From: Squalus acanthias
Taxonomy: Eukaryota
NCBI GenBank assembly: GCA_030390025.1
Contig: CM059425.1
Span: 176,330,001-176,394,000 of the forward strand
DNA: 64,000 nt
Direction: 5' to 3'
Position numbers and translations under genes: made by a program. The notes under the pieces were generated by a model, which was given only the letters and a program-made list of their open reading frames with translations, made no database searches and was not told the DNA's origin. Positions 1 to 13,239 of the stretch are shown in pieces (within the stretch, counting starts at the first letter, position 1; each line of letters begins with the position of its first letter).

Positions 1-1047
1 ACCTGCTCACCGATGCTCAGGTTGGGTTCCAGCAGGACCACTCGGCTCCAGACCTCATTACAGTCTTGGTCCAAATATGGACAAAAAGGGCTGAATTCCA
101 GAGGTGAGATGAGAGTGACTGCCCTTGACATCAAGTCAGCATTTGACTGAGTGTGGCATCAAGGAGCCCTAGTAAAATTGAAGTCAATAGGAATTAGGGG
201 AATCACTCCCCACTGGCTGGAATCATACCTAAATATAAAGGAAGATGGTTGTGGTGGTTGGAGGTCAATCAGCACAGCCCCAGGACATCACTGCAGGAGT
301 ACCTCGGGGCAGTGTCCTAGGCCCAACCATCTTCAGCTGCTTCATCAATGACCTTCCCTCCATGATAAGGTCAGAAGTGGGGAGGTTCGCTGATGATTGC
401 ACAGTTCCTTTCACAACTCCTTAGATAATGAAGCAGTCCATGCCCGCAGGCTGGATATTCTGCGGCAAGTGTCTCACCTCCTGACTCCCCAAAGCCTTTC
501 CACCATCTACAAGGCATAAGTCATGAGTGTGATGGAATACTCTCCACTTGCCTGGATGATTGCAGCTCCAACAACACTCAAGAAGCTCGACACCATACAG
601 GACAAAACAGCCCGCTTGATTAGCACCCCATCCACCACCGTAAAAATTCACTCCCTCCACCACAAGCGTACCGTGGCTGCAGTGTGTACCATCTACAAGA
701 TGCACTGCAGTAAATCGCCAAGGCTTCTTCTACAGCCCCTCTCAAACCCACGACCTCTTCCACCTAGAAGGACAAGGGCAGCAGGCGCATGGGAACACCA
801 TCACCTTCAAGTTCCCCTCCAAGTCACACACTATCCTGACTTGGAAATATATCGCCGTTCCTTCATCGTCGCTGGGTCAAAATCCTGGAACTCCCTCCCT
901 AACAGCACTGTGGGAGTACCATTACTACACAGACTGCAGCAGTTCAAGAAGGCAGCTCACAACCACCTTCTCAAGGGCAATTAGGGATGGGCAATAAATG
1001 CTGGTCTTGCCAGTGATGCCCACATCCCCAGAACGAATTTTTAAAAA
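1..1047 (+). mobile_element. LINE family X (CR1/L2-group APE-RT), 3' part with an internal deletion
   Basis: Near-identical to 4550-5834 (WHQGALVKLK, HSLHH.RTVAAV). Same 3' tail GGGCAATTAGGGATGGGCAATAAATGCTGG. Jumps from the 4995-equivalent to the 5240-equivalent at ~447. Confidence 0.9.
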
Positions 1048-1112
1048 TCCAAAGGTATTAAGGATATGGGGCAAAGGCGTGTATAGGGAGTTAGGTCACA
1101 GATCTCTCTCAC

Positions 1113-1481
1113 ATGGCAGCTGTTGATGATTCTGCCATTGCCATTTACACTTCATCTAGAGCCATCTTTTGTTTCTTAACTTGTCCCATTACCATCTCCT
1201 TTTGCCTTGCACCATCATCCATTTTGTCTCTTAATCTCTCCTGCCTTCCATCCTATCACAGACCTTCCCTTTTGTTCTTTCCTCCCCTCCCCACTTTCCC
1301 TGCCCCTGCACTTGCTTAAAAACCTGTTCCATCTCCTGCTTTTTCCAGTTCTGATGAAGGGTCATTGACCTGAAACGTTAATTCTGTTTCTCTCTCCACA
1401 GAGGCTGCCTGACCTGCTGAGTATTTCCAGCATTTTCTGTTTTTATTTCAGATTTCCAGCATCTGCAGTATTTTGCTTTTG
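1113..1481 (+). mobile_element. Penelope-like terminal repeat with a minimal hammerhead core
   Basis: Pyrimidine-rich segment, then AGTT-CTGATGA(1351-1357)-A-GGGTC-ATT-GACCT-GAAAC-GTT-AATT. The downstream sequence is shared with 33858-33991 and 35115-35322. Confidence 0.7.
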
Positions 1482-1539
1482 TGTTGAATCATTCTCAATT
1501 GTGTCTGAAACTCAAGCATTCATCCAACTGCTACACCAA

Positions 1540-2208
1540 GGGGGTAATTTTAACCCCCAAGGACAGGTGGGTTGTGGACGGGTAAAAATTTTAATTTTCA
1601 AACCCCACCCCAATCCGCACACTTCCAGTTTTAATGGAGGCGGGTCGGGGGGAGCGACCAATCCGCTCTCAGGAGGAGGGTTGGTCATTGAAATCTCGTA
1701 AGGAAGCTTCATGCCTCCACTTTAACTGGATTTTTATTTTTAATACATGGAGGTCAGGAATCCCGGCAGGTAAAAGGAGGTCAGAAGGTCTGGATCCATG
1801 AGGTATGTGCCTTTATTGCACTGCTGTGAGCAGGAGGAGGAGCAGGAGTGTTTCCTCCAGGCCCAACAAGCTTACCTCCATGCGATAGGATCTCCTGATC
1901 AGTCGACCCCCACCCCTCCCATAACCCCCCCCCCCCCCCCCGCACCGCGATGTCCGATTCTCCCCCCACCCCACCCCCGCAATATCTGACTTACCTGATA
2001 TCTGCTCCCTGGCTGCTTTCCCGCCCTACAGGCAGCCAGCTTGTCAATCTGGCTGGCTGTCGGGCGGAAAACCTGTTGAAAATATTTTAAGGATGTTCTA
2101 CAGTTAATATCTGCAGGACGTCCGAGAAACCCATACTTTTGTGTTTCCCATCTGAAAATCCACCCACTCCCCCCACTCTCTTTCCGGCCCCAAGTAAATA
2201 TTGGGGCC
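1540..2208. mobile_element. Putative non-autonomous Harbinger-type element
   Basis: GC-rich block starting GGGGGTAATTTTAAC and ending GTAAATATTGGGGCC (loose inverted termini). CAA on both flanks (1537-1539, 2209-2211). Confidence 0.4.
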
Positions 2209-2299
2209 CAAGTTACAAATATTATAACAAAAATGTCCTGTTTATTCTTTTTAGTGAAGCTTCAAATTGCTTACTACTATGGTGATCCATATTCACTAT

Positions 2300-2545
2300 T
2301 CACTCCCTCCATCACTGGCACATCGTGGCTGCAGTGTGTACCATCTAAAAGATGCACTGCAGCCACTCGCCAAGACTTCTTTAACAGCACCTCCCAAACC
2401 CGCGATCTCTTCCACCTAGAAGGACAAGGATGGTAGGCTCATGGGAACAACATCACCTCCAAGTTCCCCTCCAAGTCACACACCATCCTGACTTGAAAAT
2501 ATATCGCCGTTCCTTCATCGTCGCTGGGTCAAAATCCTAGAACTC
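2300..2545 (+). mobile_element. LINE family X 3' fragment
   Basis: Matches 5435-5681 (CACTCCCTCCA...GTGGCTGCAGTGTGTACCATCT...AAAATCCT). Confidence 0.85.
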
Positions 2546-2547
2546 AT

Positions 2548-5500
2548 GGGAACGCAAGTGTAGTGGTAATGTCACTGGCCTAGTAATCCAGAGGCCTGGA
2601 CTAATGATCCAGAGATGTGAGTTCAAATCCCCCCATGGCAGCTGGGGAATTTAAATTCAGTTAATTAAATAAATCTGGAATAAAAAGCTAGTATCAATAA
2701 TGGTAACCATGAAACTATTGGATTGTCGTAAAAACCCATCTGGTTCACTAATGTCCTTTAGGAAGGAAATCTGCTGTCCTTACCTGGTCTGGCCTATATG
2801 TGACCCCAGACCCACAGCAATGTGGTTGACTCTTAACTGCCCTCTGAAATGGCCTAGCAAGACACTCAGTTGTAACAAACCGCTACGAAACACAATAATA
2901 AGAATGAAACTGGACGGACCACCCAGCATCGACCTCGGCACTGGCTATGGACATGGCAACGGCACACCCAGCCCAGTCGACCCTGCAAAGTCCTCCTCAC
3001 CAACATCTGGGCACTTGTGCCAAAATAGGGAGAGCTGTCCCACAGTCTAGTCAAGCAACAGCCTGACATAGTCATACTCACAGAATCATACCTTTCAGCC
3101 AATGTCCCAAACTCCTCCATCACCATCCCTGGGTATGTCCTGTCCAACCGGCAGGACAGATCCACCAGGGGTGGCGGTACAGTGCTATACAGTCGGGAAG
3201 GAGATGCCCTGGGAGTCCTCAACATTGACTCCGGATCCCTTGAAGTCTCATGGCTTCAGGTCAAGCATGGGCAAGGAAACCTCCTGCTGATTACCACCTA
3301 CCGCCCTCCCTCAGCTGATGAATCAGTACTCCTCCATGTTGAACACCACTTGGAAGAAGCACTGAGAGAAGCACAGAATGTACTCTGGGTGGGGGACTTC
3401 AATGTCCATCATCAAGAGTGGCTCGGTAGCACCACTACTGACCGAGCTGGCCGAGTCCTGAAGGACATAACTGCCAGTCTGGGCCTGCAACAGGTGGTGA
3501 GAGAAACAACATGAGGGAAAAACCTACTTGACCTCGTCCTCACTAATCTACCTGTCGCAGATGCATCTGTCCATGACAGTATTGGTAGCAGTGACCACCA
3601 CACAGACATTGTGGAGACGAAATTCCATCTTCACACTGAGGACACCCTCCATCATGTTGTGTGGCACTACCACCGTGTTAAATGGGATAGATTAAGAACA
3701 GATCTAGCAGCTCAAAACTGGGCATCCATGAGGCACTGTGGGCCATCAGCAGTTGCAGTATCTGTAACCTTATGGCCCGGCATATCCCTCACTCTACCAT
3801 ATCCATCAAGCCAGGGGACCAACCCTGGTTCAATAAGGAGTGTAGAAGAGCATGCCAGGAGCAACACCAGGTGTACCTAAAAATGAGGTGCCAACCTGGG
3901 GAAGCTGCCATATAGGACTACATGCATGCCAAAAAGTGGAAGCAGCATGCTTTCAACAGGGCTAAGTGATCCCACAATCAACGGATCAGATCAAAGCTCT
4001 GCAGTCCTGCTACATCCAGTCGTGAATGGTGGTGGATCATTTAACAACTAACAGGAGAAGGAGGCTCCATGAATATCCCCATCCTCAATGATGGCAGAGT
4101 CCAGCACGTGAGTGCAAAAGACAAGGCTGTAGCGTTTGCAACCATCTTCAGCCAGAAGTGCCGAGTGGATGATCCATATCGGCCTCCTCCTGAGGTCCCC
4201 ACCATCACAGAAGCCAGTCTTCAGCCAATTCGATTCACTCCATGTGACATCAAGAGACGGCTGAGCGCACTGAATACAGCAAAGGCTATGGGCCCCGACA
4301 ACATCCCGGCTATCGTGCTGAAGACTTGTGCTCCTGAACTAGCCGTGCCTCGAGCCAAGCTGTTCCAGTACAGCTACAACACTGGCATCTATCCGACAAT
4401 GTGGAAAACTGCCCATGTATGTCCTGTCCACAAAAAGCAGGACAAATTCAACTGGGCCAATTACCACCCCATCAGTCTACTCTCAATCATCAGCAAAGTG
4501 ATGGAAGATGTTATCGACAGTGCTATCAAGCGGCATTTACTCACCAATAACCTGCTCACTGATGCCCAGTTTGGGTTCTGCCAAGACCACTCAGCTCCAG
4601 ACCTTATTACAGCCTTGGTCCAAACATGGAAAAAGGAGCTGAATTCCAGAGGTGAGGTGAGAGTGACTGCCCTTGATATTAAGGCAGCATTTCACCGAGT
4701 GTGGCATCAAGGAGCCCTAGTAAAACTGAAGTCAATGGGAATCGGGGGGAAAACGCTCCACTGGCTGGAGTCATACCTAGCACAAAGGAAGATGGTTGTG
4801 GCGGTTGAAGGTCAATCATCACAGCCTCAGGACATCACTGCAGGAGTTCCTCAGGGCAGTGTCCTAGGCCCAACCATCTTCAGCTGCTTCATCAATGACC
4901 TTTCCTCCAACATAAGGTTAGAAATGGGAATGTTCGCTGATGACTGCACAGTGTTCAGCGCCATTCACAACTCCTCAGATAATGAAGCAGTCCATGCCCG
5001 CATGCAACAAGACCTGGATGACGTTCAGGCTTGGGCTGATAAGTGGCAGGTAACATTTGTGCCACAGAAGTGCCAGGCAATGACTATCTCCAACAAGCGA
5101 GAGTCTAACCACCGCCCCTTGACATTCAATGGCATTACCATCGCCGAATTCTCCAACATCAACATCCTGGGGTCACCATTGACCAGTAACTTAACTGGAC
5201 CAGCCACATAAATACTGTTACAAAAGAGCAGGTCAGAGGCTAGGTATTCTGCGGCGAGTGTCTCACCTCCTGACTCCCCAAAGCCTTTCCACCATCTACA
5301 AGGCACAAGTAAGGAATGTGATGGAATACTCTCCACTTGCCTGGATGAGTGCAGCTCCAACAACACTCAAGAAGCTCGACACCATCCAGGACAAAGCAGC
5401 TCGCTTGATTTGCACCCATCCACCACCTTAAACATTCACTCCCTCCACCACCGGCGTACCGTGGCTGCAGTGTGTACCATCTACAAGATGTACTGCAGCA

Positions 5501-5834
5501 ACTCGCCAAGGCTTCTTCAGCAGCACCTCCCAAAACCGCAACCTCTTCCACCTAGAAGGACAAGGGCAGCAAGCGCATGGGAACACCACCACCTCCAAGT
5601 TCCCCTCCAAGTCACACACCATTCTGACTTAGAAGTATATCGCTGTTCCTTCATCGTCGCTGGGCCAAAATCCTGGAACTCCCTACCTAACAGCACTGTG
5701 GGAGTACCTTCATCACACGGACTGCAGCAGTTCAAGAAGGCAGCTCACCACCACCTTCTCGAGGGCAATTATGGATGGGCAATTAATGCTGGCCTTGCCA
5801 GCGACGCCAACATCCCAGGAACGAATTAAAAAAA
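2548..5834 (+). mobile_element. Apparently full-length LINE family X: tRNA-derived head, single APE-RT ORF (decayed), A-rich tail
   Basis: A-box-like AGTGTAGTGG at ~2557-2566 and B box GTTCAAATCC at 2621-2630. APE motifs TNIW...PDIVILTESYL from ~2988, YRPP, GDFN, SDH. RT motifs NY.PISLLS, GVPQGSVLGP and FADD in ORF 4069-5211. Several stops and frameshifts. No ORF1 visible. Confidence 0.9.
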
Positions 5835-6585
5835 GAAATCATTGCATCTTTTAAGGGGAAAATGGATAACTATTTGAAACAGAAGACGGCATAGGAAGGG
5901 AGCAGGACAGTGGGATTAGTTTTCGATTTTTCCAGCAGAGCCGGTACAGACACAATGGCAAAATGGCAAAATGGCATCCTTCAGTCTGTAAGCTTCTATC
6001 GTTCTAAATCCTCCAAATGATATCTATAAGGAGTGAAGAACCACAGTACCTTACAGTTCACAGGAAAATCTGTAGCTCTAGGGGAGGACATCTTATTTCC
6101 GGTTTTCTCTGTACACAGCGCACCGTTTTATTGAGGTACATACTGGTGATCGCGGGGCCTCAATCTAAACCTGCTCCATCAATGAGAAACAGTAGCAATC
6201 TGAATCTTAAGACCTTCAGTGTGTAACAGATGACCAAGTACTCCCTCTAAAGACAGGTTGAAGAACTGCTCCAGAAAGTAATCCTTAAAGCACTCTACAT
6301 GTTCCCACACAAACGTTGCAAAGTTATAAATAACTTTTTTACAAAGCACACGCAGACACAGCACTCAAACACACCCTTAATACCATGACATGGTATAGAT
6401 TAGGATCTGGTAATCTTTTACTACCAGTTAATCTAAAGTTTTATTATCTTCTAACTGGCAGAACATGTTCAAATAGTGAAACCATTAATCAAGTGAGAAT
6501 TTTTATAGTGGTCACATAAAAGATCACTCAATAAAACAGTTTAATTTCCCCCAGCTTTTACCCGCCCATGTTCTGTCAAATCAAT

Positions 6586-9250
6586 ATAGAGTCATAGAGT
6601 CATAATGGCACAGAAGGAGGCCATTCGGCCCATCGAGTCTGTGCCAGCTCTCTGTAGAGCAATCCAGTCAGTCCCATTCCCCCGCTCTATCTCCGTAGCC
6701 CTGCAAGTTTATTTCCTTCAAGTGCCTGTCCAGTCTCCCCTTGAAAACATTGAGTGTGTCCGCTTCCACCACTTCTGTTGGCAGTGAGTTCCAGGTCCTC
6801 ACCACTCGTTGCGTAAAAAAGTTTTTCCTCACATCCCCCCTGTATCTCTTGCCCAAAACCTTAAACCTGTGTCCCCTAGTCTTTGTACCGTCAACTAGTG
6901 GGAGCAGCCTTTCCCCGTCTAGCCTATCCAAACCCGTCATAATCTTGTACACCTCTATCAAATCACCCCTCAACCTCCTTTGCTCTAATGAAAACAAATC
7001 CAGCTTCTCCAACCTGTCCTTGTAGCTAAGAATCCCCCAACCCTGGAACCATTCTGGTAAATCTCCCCTGCACCCTCTCAAGTGCCTTCACATCCTTCCT
7101 AAAGTGTGGTGACCAGAACTGGACGCAATACTCCAGTTGTGGCCTAACCAGCGCTTTATAAAGGTTCAGCAGAACTTCTCTACTTTTGTACTCAATACCT
7201 CTATTTATGAAGCCCAAGATCCCATATGCTTTGCTAACCACTCTCTCAATATGTCCTGCCACCTTCAGGGACCTATGCACATTAACTCCCAGGTCCCTCT
7301 GTCCCTGCACACTCTTTAAAACTGTGCCATTAAGTGTATATTGCCTCTCCTGGTTCCTTCTGCCAAAATGCATCACCTCACACTTCTCTGTATTAAATTC
7401 CATCTGCCGCTTGTCTGCCCATTCTGCTAGCCTTTCTATGTCCTGTTGCAGTCGATTGGTATCATCCTCACTGTTTGCCACACCCCCAAGTTTGGTGTCA
7501 TCGGCAAATTTAAAAATTCTACTCTGTATTCCAATATCCAGGTCATTTATATATATCAAAAAAAGCAGTGGCCCCAGCACTGACCCTTGGGGAACACCAC
7601 TGTCTACCATCCTCCAGTCTGAAAAACAGTCATTTACCACAACTCGCTGTTTTCTGTCATTAAGCCAATTCCTTATCCAAGCTGCCACTGACCCACCTAT
7701 TCCATGAGCCTCAATTTTGTTAACCAGCCTTCTATGTGGTACTTTGTCAAGCGCCTTCCTAAAGTAGACAACATCCATTGCATTCCCTTCATCAATCCTC
7801 CCTGTTACTTCATCAAAAACTTCAATTAGATTAGTCAAACACGATCTGCTTTTTACAAATCCATGCTTAATTAGCTTAAACTTCTCCAAGTGCCCGTTAA
7901 TTTTTTCCTTGATTATTGTTTCTAAAACTTTTCCCACTACTGATGTTAAACTGACCGGCCTGTAGTTACTAGGATTGTCCTTACACCCTTTCTTGAACAA
8001 TGGTGTCACATTTGCCACTTTCCAATCCTCAGGCACCTCCCCCGCATCTAGGGAAGATTGGAAGATTATAGCACGCCCTTCTGCTATCTCCTCCCCCAAT
8101 TCCCTTAGCAACCTGGGATGCAAGCCATCTGGACCAGGCGACTTATCCACTCTAAGCATACCCAGTCTTTCTAGTACATCCTGTCTATCAATTTTCATCC
8201 CTTCCATTGCTTCTACCTTTTCCACTTCTACTGATATTTTGTCAGCATCCACCTCCTTAGTAAACACCAATACCAAGTAATCATTGAGTATTCTAGCCTT
8301 GCCCTGCGCCTCTAAGCATATATCACCTTCTTTGTCCCTAATAGGCCCCACCCCGCCTCTTACTACCTGCTTACTGTTTACATGCCGGTAGAAGATTTTT
8401 GGGTTCCCTTTTATGTTAACCACCATTCTACTCTCATATTCTCTCTTTGCCAATTTTATTTTCATTTTCACTTCCCCTCTCAACTTATTGTATTTGGTCT
8501 GGTTCTCCCTTGAAGAATTCACCTGGCATGCATCAGACACCCTCTTTTTTTATTTCATCATCTTCTCTATCTCCCTCATCATCCAAGGAGCCCTTGCTTT
8601 GGTTCCCTTACCCTTCCCTCTTGTTGGAATGTACCTAGCCTGTACTTGGAACATCTCCTCCTTAAAGATCACCCATTGTTCCGTTACAGTTTTTCCTGTC
8701 AGTCTTTGGTTCCATTTTACCCTGGCTAGATCCTTTCGCATCCCATTGAAGTTAGCCCTATTCCAGTTTAGAAGTTCCACTCTAGATTATTCCTTGCTCC
8801 TCTCCATTGCTAATCTAAATCTTATGATAAGATGATCACTCGTACCCAAGTGTTCTCCACACTTGGTCGACCTGGCCCACCTCATTCCCCAGCACCAGAT
8901 CCAGCAATGCCTCTTTCCTAGTTGGGCCAAGAACATATTGAACAAGGAAATTCTCCTGAACACATTTCAGAAATTCCTCCCCCTCCTTTCCTTTTACCCT
9001 AGCATTACCCCAATCGATATTTGGGTAATTAAAGTCCCCCAATATCACCACTCTATAGCTCTTGCATATCTCTGCGATTTCCCTGCAGATTTGCTCCTCT
9101 ACCTTCCTCTCACTATTTGGAGGCCTATAGAATACCCCCAATAGTGTGATCATACCCTTTTTGCTTCTCAACTCTAACCAAATGGATTCTGTCCTTGTCC
9201 CCTCAAGAACATCCTCCCTTTCCAACACTACAATGTCTTACTTAATCAGC
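6586..9250 (-). mobile_element. CR1 LINE, 5'-truncated within the APE domain
   Basis: ORF2 pieces 8836-9228 (YRPP, GDFNYP), 8550-8780, 7026-8540 (KSPGPDG, NYRPVSLTS, GVPQGSVLGP, FADD, LVRPQLEYCVQFWSP) and 6668-7081 (RGHRFK..FFTQRVV..WN.LP). 8-mer tail repeat (CTATGACT on the minus strand) at ~6586-6604. Confidence 0.95.
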
Positions 9251-10302
9251 ACTGCTAGTGGCAATAATGGTCAGCTACGCATTCAAGTTCCCTGCCTCCA
9301 TCTTTTTCCAGGCATATTGCAATACTGCCCTCTGGGAATGGTGTCCTGGTCTGACATACAGAGCCATCCTCTCCATGCTAGCACCTCTTGCCTCCACTTC
9401 ACCCATCATCAAACATCAAAGTGTTGCACTGCTCCCACTCCTTGGCCAAGATCTTTGCTGCCTCCAATTTATTGTGCCAATAGTTGGATTTTGCCATTTT
9501 TAAAACTTAACAGCCTTTACAAAAGCTGAAATGTACATTAAAATATGAAAAACCTTTGCAAAGCTATCAGCATTTTTGCCCCCAGTTGTAGCCACTTAAA
9601 GTGGACTTGTCAATGTTGCTTACATTTGATTCTCCTCCGTGCTCCCCCAAAGCTTCTGATATCAGCCCTTCACCCACATTATGAAAGGTAGCTGACCCTG
9701 CACAAAAAGGTGGAATCACCACAGTAGCATGTAGTAGGGCGTTAATGCTGCACCATCTGTCTAATGCTCAGGTGGAGGCCCAATCAGAAAATCTAGGCCC
9801 ATTATCCCTTTCTTGAGTGGATAATTCCAGCTAATGCCAGAATTGCTGAATATTTGGTGTGATACTTTTGCACTATTTACATATTTTAAATAGTGCATTG
9901 TTATGCATATAATTATTAGGATTGACCATAGACGACTGTTCTGATTTACATTTTTTTAGTGTATGAATATATAAGCAGTTAAAAGTATTATATTTACACT
10001 GCATTTCTTATGTTTAGTTTTAGTACCACTACATGTTTTATTATCTCCAGCTAATTGTGTACCCTTAATAAAACAATTATAGAAACAGCTGATGGGATTG
10101 ATGAATAGAACTTACATATTCAACAGAAATGAATTCCATCAATCATTTGCTTTAATGTTGCATTCTATTTAAAATGCCTGTATGGGCCCACATTTCTCAA
10201 ACTGACTATCACTTTTTATTGGCAATTCAAGATGCTTTATTCTTTTACAGACATCTGGGGCAGATATACATTTACACTTTATTAGCACAACAGCCACATG
10301 CT

Positions 10303-13228
10303 GGGCACAAAATTCAGATCCGTAGCACCCGTTTTTTGGGTGCTACGAGTGCCCTTTGAGCTCCACAATGGCGTTCGCAGTGCGCACGCACACTTGTGGG
10401 GCGAATCGCGCCAGATGCCATATTGGTGAGGGCATTAGCGCATGCACGCGCAGTGAACACCCGCCGAAAGTATGCAGAGCTGGCAGATCATGACATCAAT
10501 CAGCGTACAACGCTGATTTGACAGCAGCGCTGCCATTTTGGAGCTCAATGCCCCCTCTTAACCTCGCACAGCTGAACACGCATTCAGCAGAAGGACAGAC
10601 CCCCGGCCGGCACTATTTAAAGGGATCATCACCTACTTACAGGTTAGTTGCTGATTGATTTCTTTTAGCTGTTGGGACGCTTCTACAAGTGTTTGGTGCT
10701 TTCTATAGTTGTTTAAAGTTGCCAACATCTACAGGGAATGGTGCGGCAGGTGCTGAAGGACTTTTTCCTGACTTCAAGGCTTCTGCACAAAACACTTGCT
10801 GCCAGACATGGGTGCACTCATAGGAATTCCCCTTGGAATACAGCATGACTTGGAGAATGAACAGAGGGCACGCAGAGCAGGACAAGCTGCTGGAAGAGGG
10901 AGGAGGAGGAGAGGGAAGGGCTCTCAGCAAGAGGCCATATCCACCCAGGGTGTTCAGGGAGCAATTCTCCTCCCTGAACCTCAGCAAGGAACAATGTGTG
11001 AGATGTTTGCGCTTCAGTAAGGATGTGCTCACTGAAATCTGCCACCTTCTGTAGCAACAACTGCAACCTCAGAACAGGGCAAGGACCGCATTGCCAGAGA
11101 CTGTGAAGATGACCTTGGTGATCAACTTTTCTGCGTCGGGCTCCTTCCAGGCTAGAGCTGGAAATATTTGCAACATGCACCATTGAATACACGAAAATCG
11201 CTTTGCGGGCACCGATTGTCAACTCTGCCGTGTACCAGAACTGAAAGGGATTCCACTTCCTCAACGTCCAGCTGGTGTGTGTCTTGCAGGACGGCCTCGA
11301 GCAGCTCTGGGCCTAGAAGGCCCAGCTGGAGACTGCACCACCTCGGCATGGGCGGCAGCAGTCTGGGCTGGCTGGCTGACAGGCAGCAACAAGGGCACTG
11401 GCAGAGTGGCAGTGGTGGGATTACGAATGCTGTCATCCTGAGAGGACAGCAGGCTCTTGCTCCACGGAGCCACTTCCACTCCCCTGGGGCGGCACCTCAG
11501 CATTCCTAGCCATCTGTTGGCGCACAGATTGCTGGACTGCTGTGACACCCTGCAAGCCCCTTTCCACACTGGCAAACCCAGCCAATGTGCCATCAATCTG
11601 AGCTTGTGTGGCAGCAAACTGAGCCTGTATGAGAGCAGTCTTAGCTTACACTGCAGCACTCAGACATTGGGTCACTTCCGCTTGTGCTGAAATGGAAGCT
11701 GCAACATCGCCCATCACACCCAGCATCATGGTTGGGTCCACAAGTGCTCTAATGGAGTTGCCCATCACTTCCATCCTGGAAATCATGGGCTCCAAGCTCC
11801 GTGCTAAGGCCTGTGCCATGTTGGAGCCGGACTCCTCCATGTTCCTTGATGCTAACAACAGGCTCTCTGGCAGGCCTACCATTGCACCAAGCATTTCTAT
11901 GTGCGTGCCCATCACCCTTCTCCTGTAGGCCACCCCATCGAGGTCACTATCTGAGTCATGTGCAGCAGAACTCGTGCACAAACTCGCCCTCCGGGGAGCT
12001 GGCACCCGAGCTACCCTTTCCCCCTGCCCTGGCTGCAGCCCACTCGTGCCCAGAGAGTCACTACATGCAGATCCCGCCTCTATACAACCCTCTAAAGTTC
12101 GCGCAGTGCCATTTTCTGAGCTGGTGCCTGGGAGTGTCAGATCGAGTGACGGTGCCTCTTCTTCTCCATCACTCTCCTCTACTTGGATGGGGACAGGCTG
12201 GGCTGCTGGCAGTTCTTGGGTATCTGAAGGGAGAAAGGTACAAAGGTCGAGTTTGTGTTGAGAGGAGTGGGGGGAAAGCAAGATGTGCAAGCTTACACCA
12301 TCAGTAGCTTGTAAATGAGAAGAGATTGTGGGATGAGGGGGAAGTGGGATGTGAGGAGAAGGATTAGGTATGAGCATATCGTCATCATCAATGCTTTCAA
12401 CCTCGCCGCTCACCACAGCCTCAGTGACGGCCCCTCCAATGATCTCCAACACCTTCTCCTCCAGCACAGGTAAGATTTTGAAGACGTGCTTAACCCCCAC
12501 CTGTCTGCTTCTGCACTCAGCGGTTGTGAGCCACCTTGGCCTGCAAGAGAAAGGGAAGTGTGTCAGTGAGTATGGTACAATGTGTTTGGGTGATGTGCCT
12601 GTCATAGTTGAATAGCTGACATTGTGTGCCAGGTGTGAGATGTAGGTGTGAGGCTTGCAGCAGTGTTAAGTGTGTGAGTGTGAGATGAAGCTATGATTGT
12701 GAGGAATGAGTGGTGATAGGTAGAGATTGTTGGTAGGTGAGTGATGGGGGTATGATGCATTGAGCAGTGTGTGAGGCTAGTGGTGCAGTTGGTGGGATAT
12801 GACATTTGAAGATGTATTCACTCACCTTGACCACTCGAGTGAGGTCATTAAACTTCTTGCGACACTGGATCCAGGTCCTAGGGGTAACACACGTGGCACT
12901 GACGGCTTCTGATATCTCCTCCCACTGCCTTCTGGCATTCTGCCTGGAAGGCGTCCTGCCCCCCTGCGAGTAGAGACCTGTCTTCTTCTGTATACCCCTA
13001 GGACCAAGGCCCCCTGTGCTGCATCAGAGATGTGCCTTGCCCTTTCTCTTTCCTGTTGTGACTTTGCTGCAGCTGCAGTGACAATGAGGTGCTTCTGCAA
13101 CACGTTTAGCGCTGAGCTCAGTGCTCCAATCATTAAAATGAGCAGGTAGCACGAATTTTGCGTGCTGCCTGCAACACTTTGAACAGGCGCGGGCAGCACC
13201 TATTTTTGGGCTCAATCCAATTTCACCC
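10303..13228. mobile_element. Harbinger transposon copy A (internally deleted): transposase remnant on +, spliced Myb/SANT gene remnant on -
   Basis: RPYPPRVFREQFSSLNLSKEQCVRCLRFSK and NVQLVC remnants at 10809-11281, then a jump into the 3' end of the Myb gene. Myb exon 3 in ORFs 11261-11659 and 11646-12605. Right end CCAATTTCACCC is the same as at 47401-47412. Subterminal hairpin CGTAGCACCC-N7-GGGTGCTACG at 10321-10347. Confidence 0.85.
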
Positions 13229-13239
13229 TCACAGACTTT

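Noticed and set aside
2548..2640. Functional tRNA gene
   Set aside because: No convincing cloverleaf or acceptor stem and no T-run terminator; it continues into a repeat body found in several copies.
4069..5211. Bacterial-type RT system (retron, DGR, group II intron)
   Set aside because: APE domain, GVPQGSVLGP/FADD motifs and vertebrate context identify non-LTR retrotransposons.
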